IMG/VR virus record: IMGVR_UViG_3300028833_000053
Strand: one strand, 5' to 3'
Origin: a virus
Taxonomy: Duplodnaviria; Caudoviricetes
Length of the DNA: 64,000 nucleotides
Shown here: in pieces, positions 13,099 through 22,841 of the stretch
Numbering within the stretch: the stretch's first letter is position 1
Layout: each line of letters starts with the position of its first letter
Program-made: the position numbers and the translations under genes
The notes under the pieces: generated by a model
Database searches by the model: none
What the model was told of the DNA's origin: nothing
Seen by the model: only the letters and a program-made list of their open reading frames with translations

Positions 13099-13568
13099 GG
13101 CACGTCTCCATCTGCTTCAAAGTAGTCCCAAGGGTTCGTTTCCACAATTGGGGCAATTATGAATCTGCCATTCCAATTCAAGTAGTCCTCCATTTTCTGG
13201 GGCTTTGGTTTCAACGCCTCCACCAAAGTGTCCCTGGAGAAAGGGTCCGCAATTAGCCTGAAGAAGTCAATTATCCGAGGCGTGATGTTCGTCTGATGGT
13301 CTGACGATTCTAAAAGGGAAATCTCAAACGCACTCAAATAACCACACTTGCTCCCATAAGCGAGAATCTCCGAAACCCGCTTGGACATACTGAAATCAAA
13401 CATCTTCCCCACAAGTTCATCAATGTTGCTTATGTTGAACCTGTGCATGTCAGCGATTCCATTCTTCGTTAGGCATGTTAGGTATATGTCAAAGGTGTTC
13501 TCAAATTGGTAAACGCGCATTATGTCCTTAAAATACCCAACAATGTCCTTGTCCGTTTCAACATTCAT
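13095..13568 (-). CDS. Hypothetical protein, TNITP paralog
   Basis: ESSDHQTNITPR; ATGA coupling. Confidence 0.7.
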   Translation of the reverse strand: MNVETDKDIVGYFKDIMRVYQFENTFDIYLTCLTKNGIADMHRFNISNIDELVGKMFDFSMSKRVSEILAYGSKCGYLSAFEISLLESSDHQTNITPRIIDFFRLIADPFSRDTLVEALKPKPQKMEDYLNWNGRFIIAPIVETNPWDYFEADGDVP

Positions 13569-13909
13569 GACAGAACCTCCTTCCACCTGGATATTGCAGA
13601 CACGAATTCCGGAGTTATGTTCGTATGACCATCATTGGAATCCACAAGGTTGAACGAATAGGCGGACAGATAATTGCATCCTTTACCCCTCTGCATATGT
13701 CTGAGCGCATAGATGATGGTTTTTGTACGGGAAATGTCGAACAGAAATGGAATAAGCTCGTCATAGTGGTTGGGCAAAATAAATCCATGAGATGCCACGG
13801 TCGGTTCATGGCACTTGAACTCAAAGCACACAAGTGAACCATGCATCATGTGAAAAATGTCGTGGTTCATCTCCTCTGCGCCATGTTCCATGTCAAATGT
13901 GTATATCAT
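13565..13909 (-). CDS. Hypothetical protein, TNITP paralog
   Basis: DSNDGHTNITPE; ATGA coupling. Confidence 0.7.
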   Translation of the reverse strand: MIYTFDMEHGAEEMNHDIFHMMHGSLVCFEFKCHEPTVASHGFILPNHYDELIPFLFDISRTKTIIYALRHMQRGKGCNYLSAYSFNLVDSNDGHTNITPEFVSAISRWKEVLS

Positions 13910-14316
13910 TCGCTACATACCTTTTTGGAAAAACGTTCAACCATGTCGGCGTCAATGTTGCGCTCCTGACCATCTTCAAGCCTGTGAAGCCACACTGTGT
14001 ACTCTATGAAGTCGAAGCTCCTTGTTATGAAGACCCGGTAGAGGTTGAACTGAACCGACAAGTCCATCAACTCACCCATCAATCCGCCAACACCATCAAG
14101 AATGGCGTATCTTCCGGGAGCAACGTCCATATAGCAGTCAAAATTCATGGGTGGACGCTTCCCAACGGAAACATATTTATGTATCCCTGTCTCCCCCACC
14201 ACTCTGAACATCACGCATAAGGTGGAGGCAAGGTTGTCAGCCCACCAGGGTTTCTCGTTTTCGAGGAAATCCCAGATGGACATCGTTTCGGATTGATATT
14301 GGGAAATGTCAGTCAT
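13906..14316 (-). CDS. Hypothetical protein, probable divergent paralog
   Basis: LMGELMDLS and ERNIDAD align loosely with neighbours; ATGA coupling. Confidence 0.65.
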   Translation of the reverse strand: MTDISQYQSETMSIWDFLENEKPWWADNLASTLCVMFRVVGETGIHKYVSVGKRPPMNFDCYMDVAPGRYAILDGVGGLMGELMDLSVQFNLYRVFITRSFDFIEYTVWLHRLEDGQERNIDADMVERFSKKVCSE

Positions 14317-14957
14317 GGCGCGTAGAGAACCGTGGGGTTGTCCTTGAGCACCGCAATCTCGGACTCAACCGTAATCTCAGCCTTCTTCAATTCGTTGAAC
14401 TTCTGAAGATTGAATGGCTTGGTTATGAGGTGAGTGCCGGAGCGGGTTGGAATCGTGGCAATGACCTTGCGAAGTCCACCCGTGGTGTCAACGGGCTCGC
14501 AACGCGCTATGATGTCCTTGACATGCCCAACCAGGAAAGAATCGGGTCCAACACCGTCAATGTCCACAAGCCAGGTCTTGTCCTCCTTGTGTCCCTCCGG
14601 ATAACGCCCAATCACGGAATTGATTTCGTTGTAGGTGTTCCCAAATTCCTCGTTCTTGCGGGCCTTCTCAAGGGTCTCTTGCGCATACGCCATCGCAATG
14701 GTCTTGTAGTTGCGCTTGTTGAGGCGAATGTACGCACGGGCGCCGGTCTCATCGCAAATGCGGATGATTTCGTCCCTCAACTCCGCAAGTTGGCTTTCGC
14801 TGGTGATGTGGAAGTCCTTGACCAGACGGCGCTGGTTGTCGGAGCCGTTTGGCACGTCAAGTCCATCCTTCTTGCGTTGGAGCAATTGTAGGAAATAGAA
14901 GTCACCATGCTTACCGAAGTGAAGCAGGGGCTTTATCAGTTCAAAATTGTCTACCAT
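14313..14957 (-). CDS. AEP (primase-polymerase) superfamily-like phage protein
   Basis: WLVDID (DxD) and PTRSGTH motifs. Confidence 0.5.
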   Translation of the reverse strand: MVDNFELIKPLLHFGKHGDFYFLQLLQRKKDGLDVPNGSDNQRRLVKDFHITSESQLAELRDEIIRICDETGARAYIRLNKRNYKTIAMAYAQETLEKARKNEEFGNTYNEINSVIGRYPEGHKEDKTWLVDIDGVGPDSFLVGHVKDIIARCEPVDTTGGLRKVIATIPTRSGTHLITKPFNLQKFNELKKAEITVESEIAVLKDNPTVLYAP

Positions 14958-14970
14958 TGGTTTTCTCCTT

Positions 14971-15219
14971 TTACTTGATTACTGCGCAGCACATGCGGTC
15001 AACAGAAACCTTCTTGGGGTTCTTCGCCATTTCTACCGCCACATCCACTGGCTTGTTGTAGTTGTCCAGTGTCTTGAGGTAGGACTCCACAAGGACAAGC
15101 CCGCTCTTGCCGAAACCATATACACGCCCCTTTGCGATTTCAAGGGCGGTGCATTTGCTCTTGGATGCGTAGTACACCCAATCGCCAACATGGATTTCGT
15201 TTCCAAACTTGTCAACCAT
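14971..15219 (-). CDS. Small hypothetical protein
   Basis: DKFGNEIHVGDWV N-terminus; AGGAGA RBS; TTGACA..TATACT promoter upstream. Confidence 0.7.
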   Translation of the reverse strand: MVDKFGNEIHVGDWVYYASKSKCTALEIAKGRVYGFGKSGLVLVESYLKTLDNYNKPVDVAVEMAKNPKKVSVDRMCCAVIK

Positions 15220-15268
15220 TTCTTGTTTCTCCTTACGCCATACAGTATATCACATTTCCGATTGAATG

Positions 15269-15523
15269 TCAATACGCATCAGCATCAATCTCGCACTTGT
15301 TGGTGAAGTCCCATCTTCCAACCTTGATGAAATTGGGTTCGTTGAATATGACGCATCTTCCCCATTCAAGAAGTTCATATCCGTCTGGATGATATTTGTT
15401 TGGTTCTTGAACCTTGTCAATGCACGGCGTGCCGTCCCAAGTAAAGGCAGTGACAACCCACTTGCCGAGTTTTCCAATCTCAACAAGCACGTCACCATAT
15501 TGGAATTTTTCATTCGTTTCCAT
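15269..15523 (-). CDS. Small hypothetical protein
   Basis: KFQYGDVL start; within packed operon. Confidence 0.6.
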   Translation of the reverse strand: METNEKFQYGDVLVEIGKLGKWVVTAFTWDGTPCIDKVQEPNKYHPDGYELLEWGRCVIFNEPNFIKVGRWDFTNKCEIDADAY

Positions 15524-15830
15524 ACTTTTCAAATGCCTTTGCTATGCGGATGAGTTTGGCATAAACCTGTTTATCGTCAAATGGGTTCTTGCAGAAATCC
15601 ACCTTCACATAATCGGAATCCAAGTCGAATTTGGATTTGTCAGCATGGTAAACCTTGTTAGACCACAGATACTGGACGCTGTACCACATGGTAGTCTCAT
15701 ACGCACCGTCAATCACAAATGCGTTGCTTCCTCCAATCTGGAGAACAACATCGCCCTTCTTGAACTCACCAATCATCTTGAACTCACCATTAATCTTGAA
15801 CTCGCCATTCATCGTGAACTCTACAATCAT
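15510..15830 (-). CDS. Small hypothetical protein
   Basis: GEFK repeats then FKKGDVV; ATGA coupling. Confidence 0.6.
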   Translation of the reverse strand: MIVEFTMNGEFKINGEFKMIGEFKKGDVVLQIGGSNAFVIDGAYETTMWYSVQYLWSNKVYHADKSKFDLDSDYVKVDFCKNPFDDKQVYAKLIRIAKAFEKYGNE

Positions 15831-16048
15831 ACCATCATCCTCAAACGTTCCTCGGTGAGCCAATACGCCACAACATAGCCGGAATCCTTGACCTTCACCT
15901 TGTAGGCCGTCTTGTTGGAATGTATGGGAAACTGGCTCCCATACATCATGTTCATGGAATCCTCCACAACGCCACGCAGCCTGTGATCTTTGCTGCAGAT
16001 GACATCATCCACGATTTCAACCCGATCGCCTTTCTTGAACTTGTCCAT
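15827..16048 (-). CDS. Small SH3/KOW-like hypothetical protein
   Basis: MDKFKKGDRVEIV..GVV..YKVKV; AGGAGA RBS. Confidence 0.65.
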   Translation of the reverse strand: MDKFKKGDRVEIVDDVICSKDHRLRGVVEDSMNMMYGSQFPIHSNKTAYKVKVKDSGYVVAYWLTEERLRMMV

Positions 16049-16060
16049 TTTCTTTCTCCT

Positions 16061-16282
16061 TCAATCCTTGAACGGAACATGCCCGTGGAAAAGCAGTTCG
16101 TCTGCGCTTCCCGGAACAATCTTGCCAACTTTGTGGAACAGCAAATCAACGCTACGTATGCCCAACATGGAATCCCCGGAATTCATCCAACGCACATAGT
16201 AGTGCTGTGCGTCATATCCAACCACCTCGGCTATGAGGTCTGACCTCTCCGCTTGGATTATGTCGTAGATGTTGAACTTCAT
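16061..16282 (-). CDS. Small hypothetical protein
   Basis: MKFNIYDII..YYVRW; ATGA coupling. Confidence 0.6.
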   Translation of the reverse strand: MKFNIYDIIQAERSDLIAEVVGYDAQHYYVRWMNSGDSMLGIRSVDLLFHKVGKIVPGSADELLFHGHVPFKD

Positions 16283-16950
16283 AGCAGGTTCAACTCCCTC
16301 ATTCCACGGAGATACTTCTTCTCCGATTCCAATATCTCCTTCAACCCCTCTTCAAGAAGTTGCTTGCAGAGAAGGGCGTTTTCATAATCGTCGTCCACCT
16401 TCTCCTTGAGCTTCATGTAGTCTTGAAGAAAAATTGGCTGTTCCTTGGGGAAGTAGTTCTCCATCGTTGGTGTCACGGAGAACCGCTCATATCCATTGGA
16501 AGGATAGCCGCCATTAACCCATTCGTCAAAGAAATGGAATCCGTGGTAGGTGTTGTATGTGTGGTAGTCTGTGGTTCCTCCCTTGTTATGCGATATGAAC
16601 ACAGCGCGCTTCGTTTTTTCGTTCCATATAAAAAGGATTCCCTTGTCAAGCCACACATAGAGAATGCCATCGCCTTGCACATAAAAGTGAACCGGATTTT
16701 GCCCAGTCTCCTTTCCAAAACTCTTGTTTGAGAATCTATCGCGCCACCGTATGTTTGGACAGAAGAAGATGTCAATGTTCTTCTCAATAATTTCCCCAAG
16801 TTCAAGGAACAGCATAATTGTCTTGTCGCGCTTTCCAATCAAGTACCGCTCAATTCCCTGAAAGTCGCAAGATGAAAGACGCTTCCTTGTTTCCCTTATG
16901 GATTCAAGGCAGGTCTCAGCGTCAAACTGCTTCTCATTGTTTCTGCACAT
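16279..16950 (-). CDS. Hypothetical protein
   Basis: ATG at 16950 overlaps upstream TGA. Confidence 0.6.
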   Translation of the reverse strand: MCRNNEKQFDAETCLESIRETRKRLSSCDFQGIERYLIGKRDKTIMLFLELGEIIEKNIDIFFCPNIRWRDRFSNKSFGKETGQNPVHFYVQGDGILYVWLDKGILFIWNEKTKRAVFISHNKGGTTDYHTYNTYHGFHFFDEWVNGGYPSNGYERFSVTPTMENYFPKEQPIFLQDYMKLKEKVDDDYENALLCKQLLEEGLKEILESEKKYLRGMRELNLL

Positions 16951-17219
16951 CAACGGTCTCCCTAAACCAGTTCTTTCTGATTTATGCCCAACCAACCACA
17001 ATACTCGTCAAAGTCAGCCAATTCCGTACGTGCGCAAAACTCGATGAAGTCCCGGGTTGCTGTCGTAAAGAGGAACCTGTACGCATCGTCAAGGTATTCA
17101 CTTTCATCAACACGGCCATAAGGGTAGGCATTCTGGCCGCGGTCCTTCCAGTACTTGCGCCAATACTTGAACGCGCACACGCGCTGGCGCACCTCAACGA
17201 AGATGTCTCCGTACTGCAT
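16950..17219 (-). CDS. Hypothetical protein
   Basis: GGAGG RBS; reading through TAG at 16962 ends at a TGA overlapping the next ATG. Confidence 0.6.
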
Positions 17220-17230
17220 GACACCTCCCA

Positions 17231-17623
17231 TCAATTGAAGAACCACATGCGGACTTCGCGCCAAGTGCCACGCACAATCGGCTTCTCAAAGTCGTTCTCG
17301 TCACCCCAAATGTCGGCCTTGCCATTGGCGTTGGAAGGGGAAACGCAGTAAATCACGTCACCCGTCTCCATGTCGCAAATGCGGAAGTCATCGTACAACT
17401 TGCCGCAGCAAGGGCAGTTGTTCTTGAAGAACACGTAAGTCTTCGTGGGGTCGAACTTGCCCGAACGCGCAAGGCTCTTGAGTTTTGCAAACAAAACCTT
17501 TGCCTTGTTCTTCAGGGAAGAATCCTTGCAGAACCAGTCAAAGAACCCATAGCAGTTCTTCTCATTGAAAGCCTCGTCAAAATCCATCTTGACGAGTTCG
17601 GCAATCGTAATTTCCTTTTCCAT
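17231..17623 (-). CDS. Conserved-looking phage hypothetical protein
   Basis: GFFDWFCKD, YVFFKNNCP, LYDDFRICD motifs; first gene after strong promoter. Confidence 0.75.
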   Translation of the reverse strand: MEKEITIAELVKMDFDEAFNEKNCYGFFDWFCKDSSLKNKAKVLFAKLKSLARSGKFDPTKTYVFFKNNCPCCGKLYDDFRICDMETGDVIYCVSPSNANGKADIWGDENDFEKPIVRGTWREVRMWFFN

Positions 17624-17643
17624 TGTTATCTTCTCCTTGTTTT

Positions 17644-17711
17644 CCTCAGAACACCTACAGTATAGCATATCCCCTTCCCAAAGTCAATGGGGATATGGAA
17701 AATAAATTAAA
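17644..17711 (-). promoter_or_regulatory. Strong early sigma70-type promoter, repeat copy 1
   Basis: TTGACT-17-TATACT with TG extension and AT-rich UP element; near-identical to 51054-51120. Confidence 0.8.
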
Positions 17712-17717
17712 AGAAAA

Positions 17718-17747
17718 TGTCAGCCATCCCCTGATAAATGGCTGACA
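17718..17747 (-). terminator. Intrinsic terminator
   Basis: tgtcagccat/atggctgaca stem followed by U-run on minus strand. Confidence 0.75.
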
Positions 17748-17771
17748 CTAGATTATATGCAAAACTTCAAT

Positions 17772-18428
17772 TTAGTGTGCTTCTGACCACGAAATAGTGA
17801 AGTTATACTCAATCGTCCCAACGTCCTTGCCATAGGCTGCGGAACTTGACTCGAACTTGGGGATTGTGAACCCACGGGACTTGTACCAATCCGTGATATG
17901 GGAGATGTTCACCCAATCCTGGGGCGAAACGCGGAACTGAACATTCGTGGAATATCCACCCCGCTGAGTTTCATCATAGATCTTCTTGTTGATTGCCCTG
18001 ATGTAATTCACAATGGACTTGTCCTCGTTCTTTGAAGACTGGTAGAAACACTTTCTTGCGTCAATGTTCAAGTTGTAGCAAGCCTCAACAAACTTCTGTT
18101 GGTTCATTGCAATTGAGCAGGAATCGTTGATTCCCGTTTCCTGTGGATCATAATCATCCGCCTTGCAGCACTCGTCGGGCGTCTCACCATCCAACTCATC
18201 TGCCTTGCAATCACCCTCTGCGTCTTCCTTGACAAGAGCTTTCTCCAAGTTCTCCTTGCCATACCAAGGTTTGCCATCATCGCGCTGTTCCGGTGGCGGA
18301 GGTGGTGGCATTGGAGGCTTTGCCCCATTCGCCATTGTCACGGCACCCGCAAGAGCCGCATCAATCTTGTCCTGGTCAAGTTCCACGGCCTTGCCGTCCT
18401 TGTCCTACACTATTCTTCTTTTAGCCAT
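17772..18428 (-). CDS. Hypothetical protein with poly-Pro linker
   Basis: ATG 18428 with AAGGA RBS; TAG at codon 8 (18405). Confidence 0.7.
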
Positions 18429-18714
18429 TTTTGGTTTCCTTTTCCTTTATCAAATCCACGTCATATGTAAAATCCTCTTCCATAGGATCGTCATCGTGCG
18501 CCGGCTTCCGATACATGGTATTCCAAGATTCAATGGCGAACCTTGGCTCGTATTCCGTCGGGCCCATCGCACCGCAACAACCACATTCCATCTGCCAGAT
18601 GTCGCGCACCTCGGTCTCGCCATCTTCGTACCGTATTTTCACTGTATGATATTTCAGCTTGTGGCCGTGGTGGCCGCAGAAGGGACATATCTTGACTTTA
18701 GATTCTGTTTTCAT
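18421..18714 (-). CDS. Lar-like (restriction alleviation) zinc-ribbon protein
   Basis: CPFCG..CGCCGAMGP..AIESWN. Confidence 0.7.
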   Translation of the reverse strand: MKTESKVKICPFCGHHGHKLKYHTVKIRYEDGETEVRDIWQMECGCCGAMGPTEYEPRFAIESWNTMYRKPAHDDDPMEEDFTYDVDLIKEKETKNG

Positions 18715-18722
18715 ACATAGAA

Positions 18723-20198
18723 TTATACTTGAATGATGTCAGTGTTCTTAATCCCCCAAGGATAGCCAGACATTCCCTGTACGGCTTCACTGGTCTTTCC
18801 GCTGAACACAACACTATTCAATTCACCACACCCCGCAAATGCGTTTTCCCCAATAGTTGCAACACTGGATGGAATAACCAACGTTGTAAGTCCCGTACAA
18901 CCATAGAACGCCCTGTACCCAATGTTCGTCACGCTGGGTGGTATCGTTATGCTTGTAAGGGAACTGCAATTTTGGAACATCTGCGGACCAATTCCGGTAA
19001 CGGTGTCTCCAAGCACAATGTCAATTGCCCTCAATATGTTTGGAATGGACGTATGCGTAAGTTCACCGGAAATGTCCCCCGTCCAATCGGGCAGTTTTGT
19101 TTGAAGAACATATTGGACAACGGTTGTTGCACTGGTAATTTCGGGCGTTGGATCATCACCACCACCTTCCTCGCCACCATCGTCATTGCCGTCTTCCGCC
19201 ACCCATCTGTCATCCGGCTTCCACCACAACATTGAATTACCGTCGTTGAATGGAATCGTCAGCTTGAAATCGTATCTTTCATTTCCGGTGTTCAACGCCC
19301 TCAAATACTCTTTCGTTCCATATTCCCACAAAATATGTTCGCAATCGGACAATGAAACCACGCCTGTTATGTCAAGTTCCCCATTCGTGTAGAGCTTCAC
19401 CTTTATGTACTTCTCGGATGAACCGCCAATTGGCTTGAACAACTCGTAGAACACGTAATCCAAACGCCCAAAGGAATGCAGTTTGTTCATGGCATCTATG
19501 TAGCGGTCATTCTTTCCAGAGTCCATGTAGTCGTCTGAATCAAACTCGTCAAGGTTCTTGTGAAAGTCAAGTTCGTGGTCTTTCACCATTCCCTGCAACA
19601 TGTTTGCCAAATACTTTATGCGGGAATCTGCCAATGGGTTGTCTTGGTAATCGTCATCCCATTCATCAACTGATGCCATTCCAAGGTTGTCGGTCCAAGT
19701 CTTCGTCAAAATGTAGTCAACCCAATCCTAATCTGAATCCAAACTGCCAACGTTGTTGTCATGCTTCGAGATATACATCTGCATATTGTAGGATTCCTCG
19801 CCAACATCGTATTTTCCATCCAACCTTGCAATGTATTCCGTCATCCTTCCAAAATCACGGCGTCCCTCCCATATTTCATCGGCGGTAACTCCCAGGGCGT
19901 CCGCAACACGGTTTCTGTTGTCAAGAAGAAACTGCAACTTGTCTATGTTGTTCTTGAACATGACTTGTCCCTTGTCATATTCCCTGTACAATCCCCCACG
20001 ATATTGTATCTGGCGTATTTGCTCGTTTCCAAGAATCTCACCACCCGTTATCTTGTTCAATGCCGTGGAGTATCTTTGGAACAAACGGGAAAGGACGTAG
20101 TTGATTGACCGCATGTTCATGGACAACCCCGTAAGGGATTTGTTGAATTCCTCACGCGACTCTTCCTTCTTTTGCAATTCCTTTTCGCTCAGTGCCAT
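18723..20198 (-). CDS. ~491-aa protein with C-terminal BspA-type leucine-rich repeats
   Basis: Two track ORFs joined at TAG 19728; LTSITIPPSVTNIGYRAFYGC repeats; GTAAATA at 20223-20229. Confidence 0.8.
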
Positions 20199-20310
20199 AG
20201 TCTATATCCAATTTACATTTGGTATTTACCATTCTTCGTTTCCAATATAAAGCAAAGATGCGTGGAGTTGAATCCACGCATCTTCTGTTTCATTGCTGTG
20301 TTCCAATTTG

Positions 20311-20841
20311 TTATGGGGTTGCAATGAACTTGCCGCCACGGCACTTCACGTTGCGCGTTGCGTATACAGCCTTTGCCCTCTGGCACTCTGGGCAGTCCTC
20401 TGGGAGGTTGAGCACCGACTGGCATCCCTTGCCAAACGCAGCCACAACCTTGCTGACCAGCTCGGCGTTTGCCTTGACCTTCTCGTTCGTTGCAAGGTAG
20501 GTGTCAATTCCATTGAGAATGACAACGGAACCCGCGTTGATGAGCGTCTTCTGGTAGTCGTTCAGCTTATCCTGCTTGAGGATGATTTCCTGAACGGCGG
20601 GAAGAACGCTGTCAAGATAGGTCTTGCCCTCGCCAACCGCAACGGTCGCGGTTGTGACGTAGCCAACCACGTCCTTCAGCACGGCCTTCACCTGAGGATC
20701 TGGATTGTCGATGCTGAACCAAGTCAGCATGGCAATGGAACCCGCGGTGTTGGCTGCGCCAACCAGTGTGCTTTCAGAAGGGTCGCATCCCGTAAACAAC
20801 ATGGAAAGGGCTGCGACCATGGTGATAATCATTTTCTTCAT
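20311..20841 (-). CDS. Predicted lipoprotein
   Basis: MKKMIITMVAALSMLFTG-C signal peptide with lipobox. Confidence 0.75.
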   Translation of the reverse strand: MKKMIITMVAALSMLFTGCDPSESTLVGAANTAGSIAMLTWFSIDNPDPQVKAVLKDVVGYVTTATVAVGEGKTYLDSVLPAVQEIILKQDKLNDYQKTLINAGSVVILNGIDTYLATNEKVKANAELVSKVVAAFGKGCQSVLNLPEDCPECQRAKAVYATRNVKCRGGKFIATP

Positions 20842-20880
20842 AGTTAGTTTTCCTTCTTTCCTTTGATAGTTCAATTATAC

Positions 20881-20908
20881 AAAAAAGCCAGACCCCTTGG
20901 GTCTGGCT
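20881..20908 (-). terminator. Intrinsic terminator
   Basis: agccagacc/ggtctggct stem plus U-run. Confidence 0.8.
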
Positions 20909-20931
20909 GGTGTGATATGTGGCGCAATCAA

Positions 20932-21453
20932 TTACTCGTCGTCCTCATCTTCGTCATGGTCTTCGCCACACGAAAAATCATCGTCATCTTCCCTCTTGAA
21001 ACCCTCGCGCTCTTCAAGGATGAACTCAAGCCCAATGTAGGGGTCGGGATCAGCAGCCCCCTCGGACTCATACACGGCGCGGAATCCACCAGTGGAGCAT
21101 GTGGTTTCCTCCTGTACCGCGTCAATGAGCAGACGTTCCGCCTCGCGCTTCATTTCCTCAACGGTCGGAACCCCGAACTTCGTTCCAGCCCATTTCCAGT
21201 CCAAGTCCTCCATCACAGACTGAACCTTCTCGAAGTCGAACTGATCCATAATACTCTCGACCTTCTCGCGTTCAACCCTTGAAAGGGCATCGAGTCTGGA
21301 ATATGGGGGAATGACCTGGACGGTCTCCCGCTTCCTTTGCTGCACAAGCGCGTTCTTGATTTCAAGCAGAGTGGATTCAAATGAATTCATCTTGTTCTCA
21401 AGCTCTTCAATCCTCTTTGAATTGTCTATCATGGTGGTTATCCTTTGTTCCAT
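20932..21453 (-). CDS. Hypothetical protein
   Basis: Coiled N-terminus, FDFEKVQSVM..LDWKW..STGGF; promoter upstream. Confidence 0.75.
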   Translation of the reverse strand: MEQRITTMIDNSKRIEELENKMNSFESTLLEIKNALVQQRKRETVQVIPPYSRLDALSRVEREKVESIMDQFDFEKVQSVMEDLDWKWAGTKFGVPTVEEMKREAERLLIDAVQEETTCSTGGFRAVYESEGAADPDPYIGLEFILEEREGFKREDDDDFSCGEDHDEDEDDE

Positions 21454-21473
21454 TTGTTTAGTTTACCTACTTC

Positions 21474-21504
21474 ATTATACAACAATTCACTGAAATAGTA
21501 AATA
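21474..21504. promoter_or_regulatory. Overlapping divergent promoters (leftward sigma70-type, rightward GTAAATA)
   Basis: Minus: TTTACT-17-TATAAT; plus: GTAAATA 21498-21504. Confidence 0.6.
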
Positions 21505-21539
21505 GGTAAAAGAGAATTTTCTGAAACTTTGACACGACC

Positions 21540-22829
21540 ATGAATATTATGTTAAACGAAAAAGACGAAATGTCTGCAAGGGATGGAGGCACTTCCATAT
21601 CCGACTGGGATTGGCAAGACGATTATGCTTTCCACAGGCATTGTCAAAAGACTGTATGTTCTGCAATTGGATATAGTGGAAACGGAAGAACGTGGAGCGT
21701 AATCTATCCAGGTACGGGCCCTTTGCCAAACTTGCAACGTTGCGTCAACGGCACAACCAGCCCAGAAACTTGGCAAAAATATTTCAATGTAAACGTGGAG
21801 AAGTCTGGCAAGAACAACATAACCTATGACTTGAGAGCCATTTTGGAATTGATAAACATGGTTGCGGGGAAATTGTTTGCCAGTCTCGGTCCATTCACGT
21901 TGACGTTCAAGGACGCCGAAGGAAACACCATCGCCTCCAAAGACCTGGACTTGATTAATGATCCATCCAGAGACTATGAATTTGGAGGGTTTGGGCGAAA
22001 CGTCAAACTTAAAGTTGGTGGTGCGCTTGCCGCGTCATTCAACACAATGAAACCGGGGACGCTAATAGATGGACTTCCAGAGCAACTTGACTTGCCATTG
22101 CAGCCACTATCCATATCATTAGGTGAAATGTCGCCTTTTAACATAGTAAAAGTGGTAATGGAAAGCGGTGTTGCGGTTAAAATACCATACAATACATTGA
22201 GCTTTTCATTTGGGAACGCGGCGGCGTTCGCGTCAACAAACGTTGCGATGGCGGCGCCCGTGAAGTTACAAGTACCCTACAACAACGTGAATTTCCAGAT
22301 GCTTGGTAAAACTTTCAATACCATAAAAGCGGCTACCGGACAAAATTGGAATATTACAGTTCCAAAAGATTACAACAGAATTACAACTTCCTATGGTACA
22401 TCAGATCCTCAAGGTGGTGCTGGAACTATTACCCAATCTGGTGCAACATATATAGTCAGACCCCATGCCGGCGTTCATATATACAGAATATCGGCATCCT
22501 CCAATTTCAATCTCAAGTTCAATCTAGCCAATTATCAATCCCGTTGGGATGTGTTTGGCCGAGATTTTGGTCAGCAAATTCTTGAATTTGAAGTGCATAT
22601 ACGCAATGCTTCTGCAAGTGTAATAACATTCGCAAACATTCATGGAACAACGCTTGCCAATTGGTTTACCAGATGGATAGATGCATCTGCTGCGGCAACA
22701 AACTTCACGTATTTGAACGATAAAGACACAATAGAAGCATATAACACTGCGGCCTATGTGTTTAGGATTGACACCTACCAAAGAAGCATGACATGGAGTT
22801 TGGCATATATTTGTCCTACATCAGGCTAA
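21540..22829 (+). CDS. Probable tail fibre/adhesin component
   Basis: Beta-rich 429-aa ORF after GTAAATA; AT-richer 3' half; start may be 21570. Confidence 0.55.
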   Translation: MNIMLNEKDEMSARDGGTSISDWDWQDDYAFHRHCQKTVCSAIGYSGNGRTWSVIYPGTGPLPNLQRCVNGTTSPETWQKYFNVNVEKSGKNNITYDLRAILELINMVAGKLFASLGPFTLTFKDAEGNTIASKDLDLINDPSRDYEFGGFGRNVKLKVGGALAASFNTMKPGTLIDGLPEQLDLPLQPLSISLGEMSPFNIVKVVMESGVAVKIPYNTLSFSFGNAAAFASTNVAMAAPVKLQVPYNNVNFQMLGKTFNTIKAATGQNWNITVPKDYNRITTSYGTSDPQGGAGTITQSGATYIVRPHAGVHIYRISASSNFNLKFNLANYQSRWDVFGRDFGQQILEFEVHIRNASASVITFANIHGTTLANWFTRWIDASAAATNFTYLNDKDTIEAYNTAAYVFRIDTYQRSMTWSLAYICPTSG

Positions 22830-22841
22830 TGGAGATTCACA

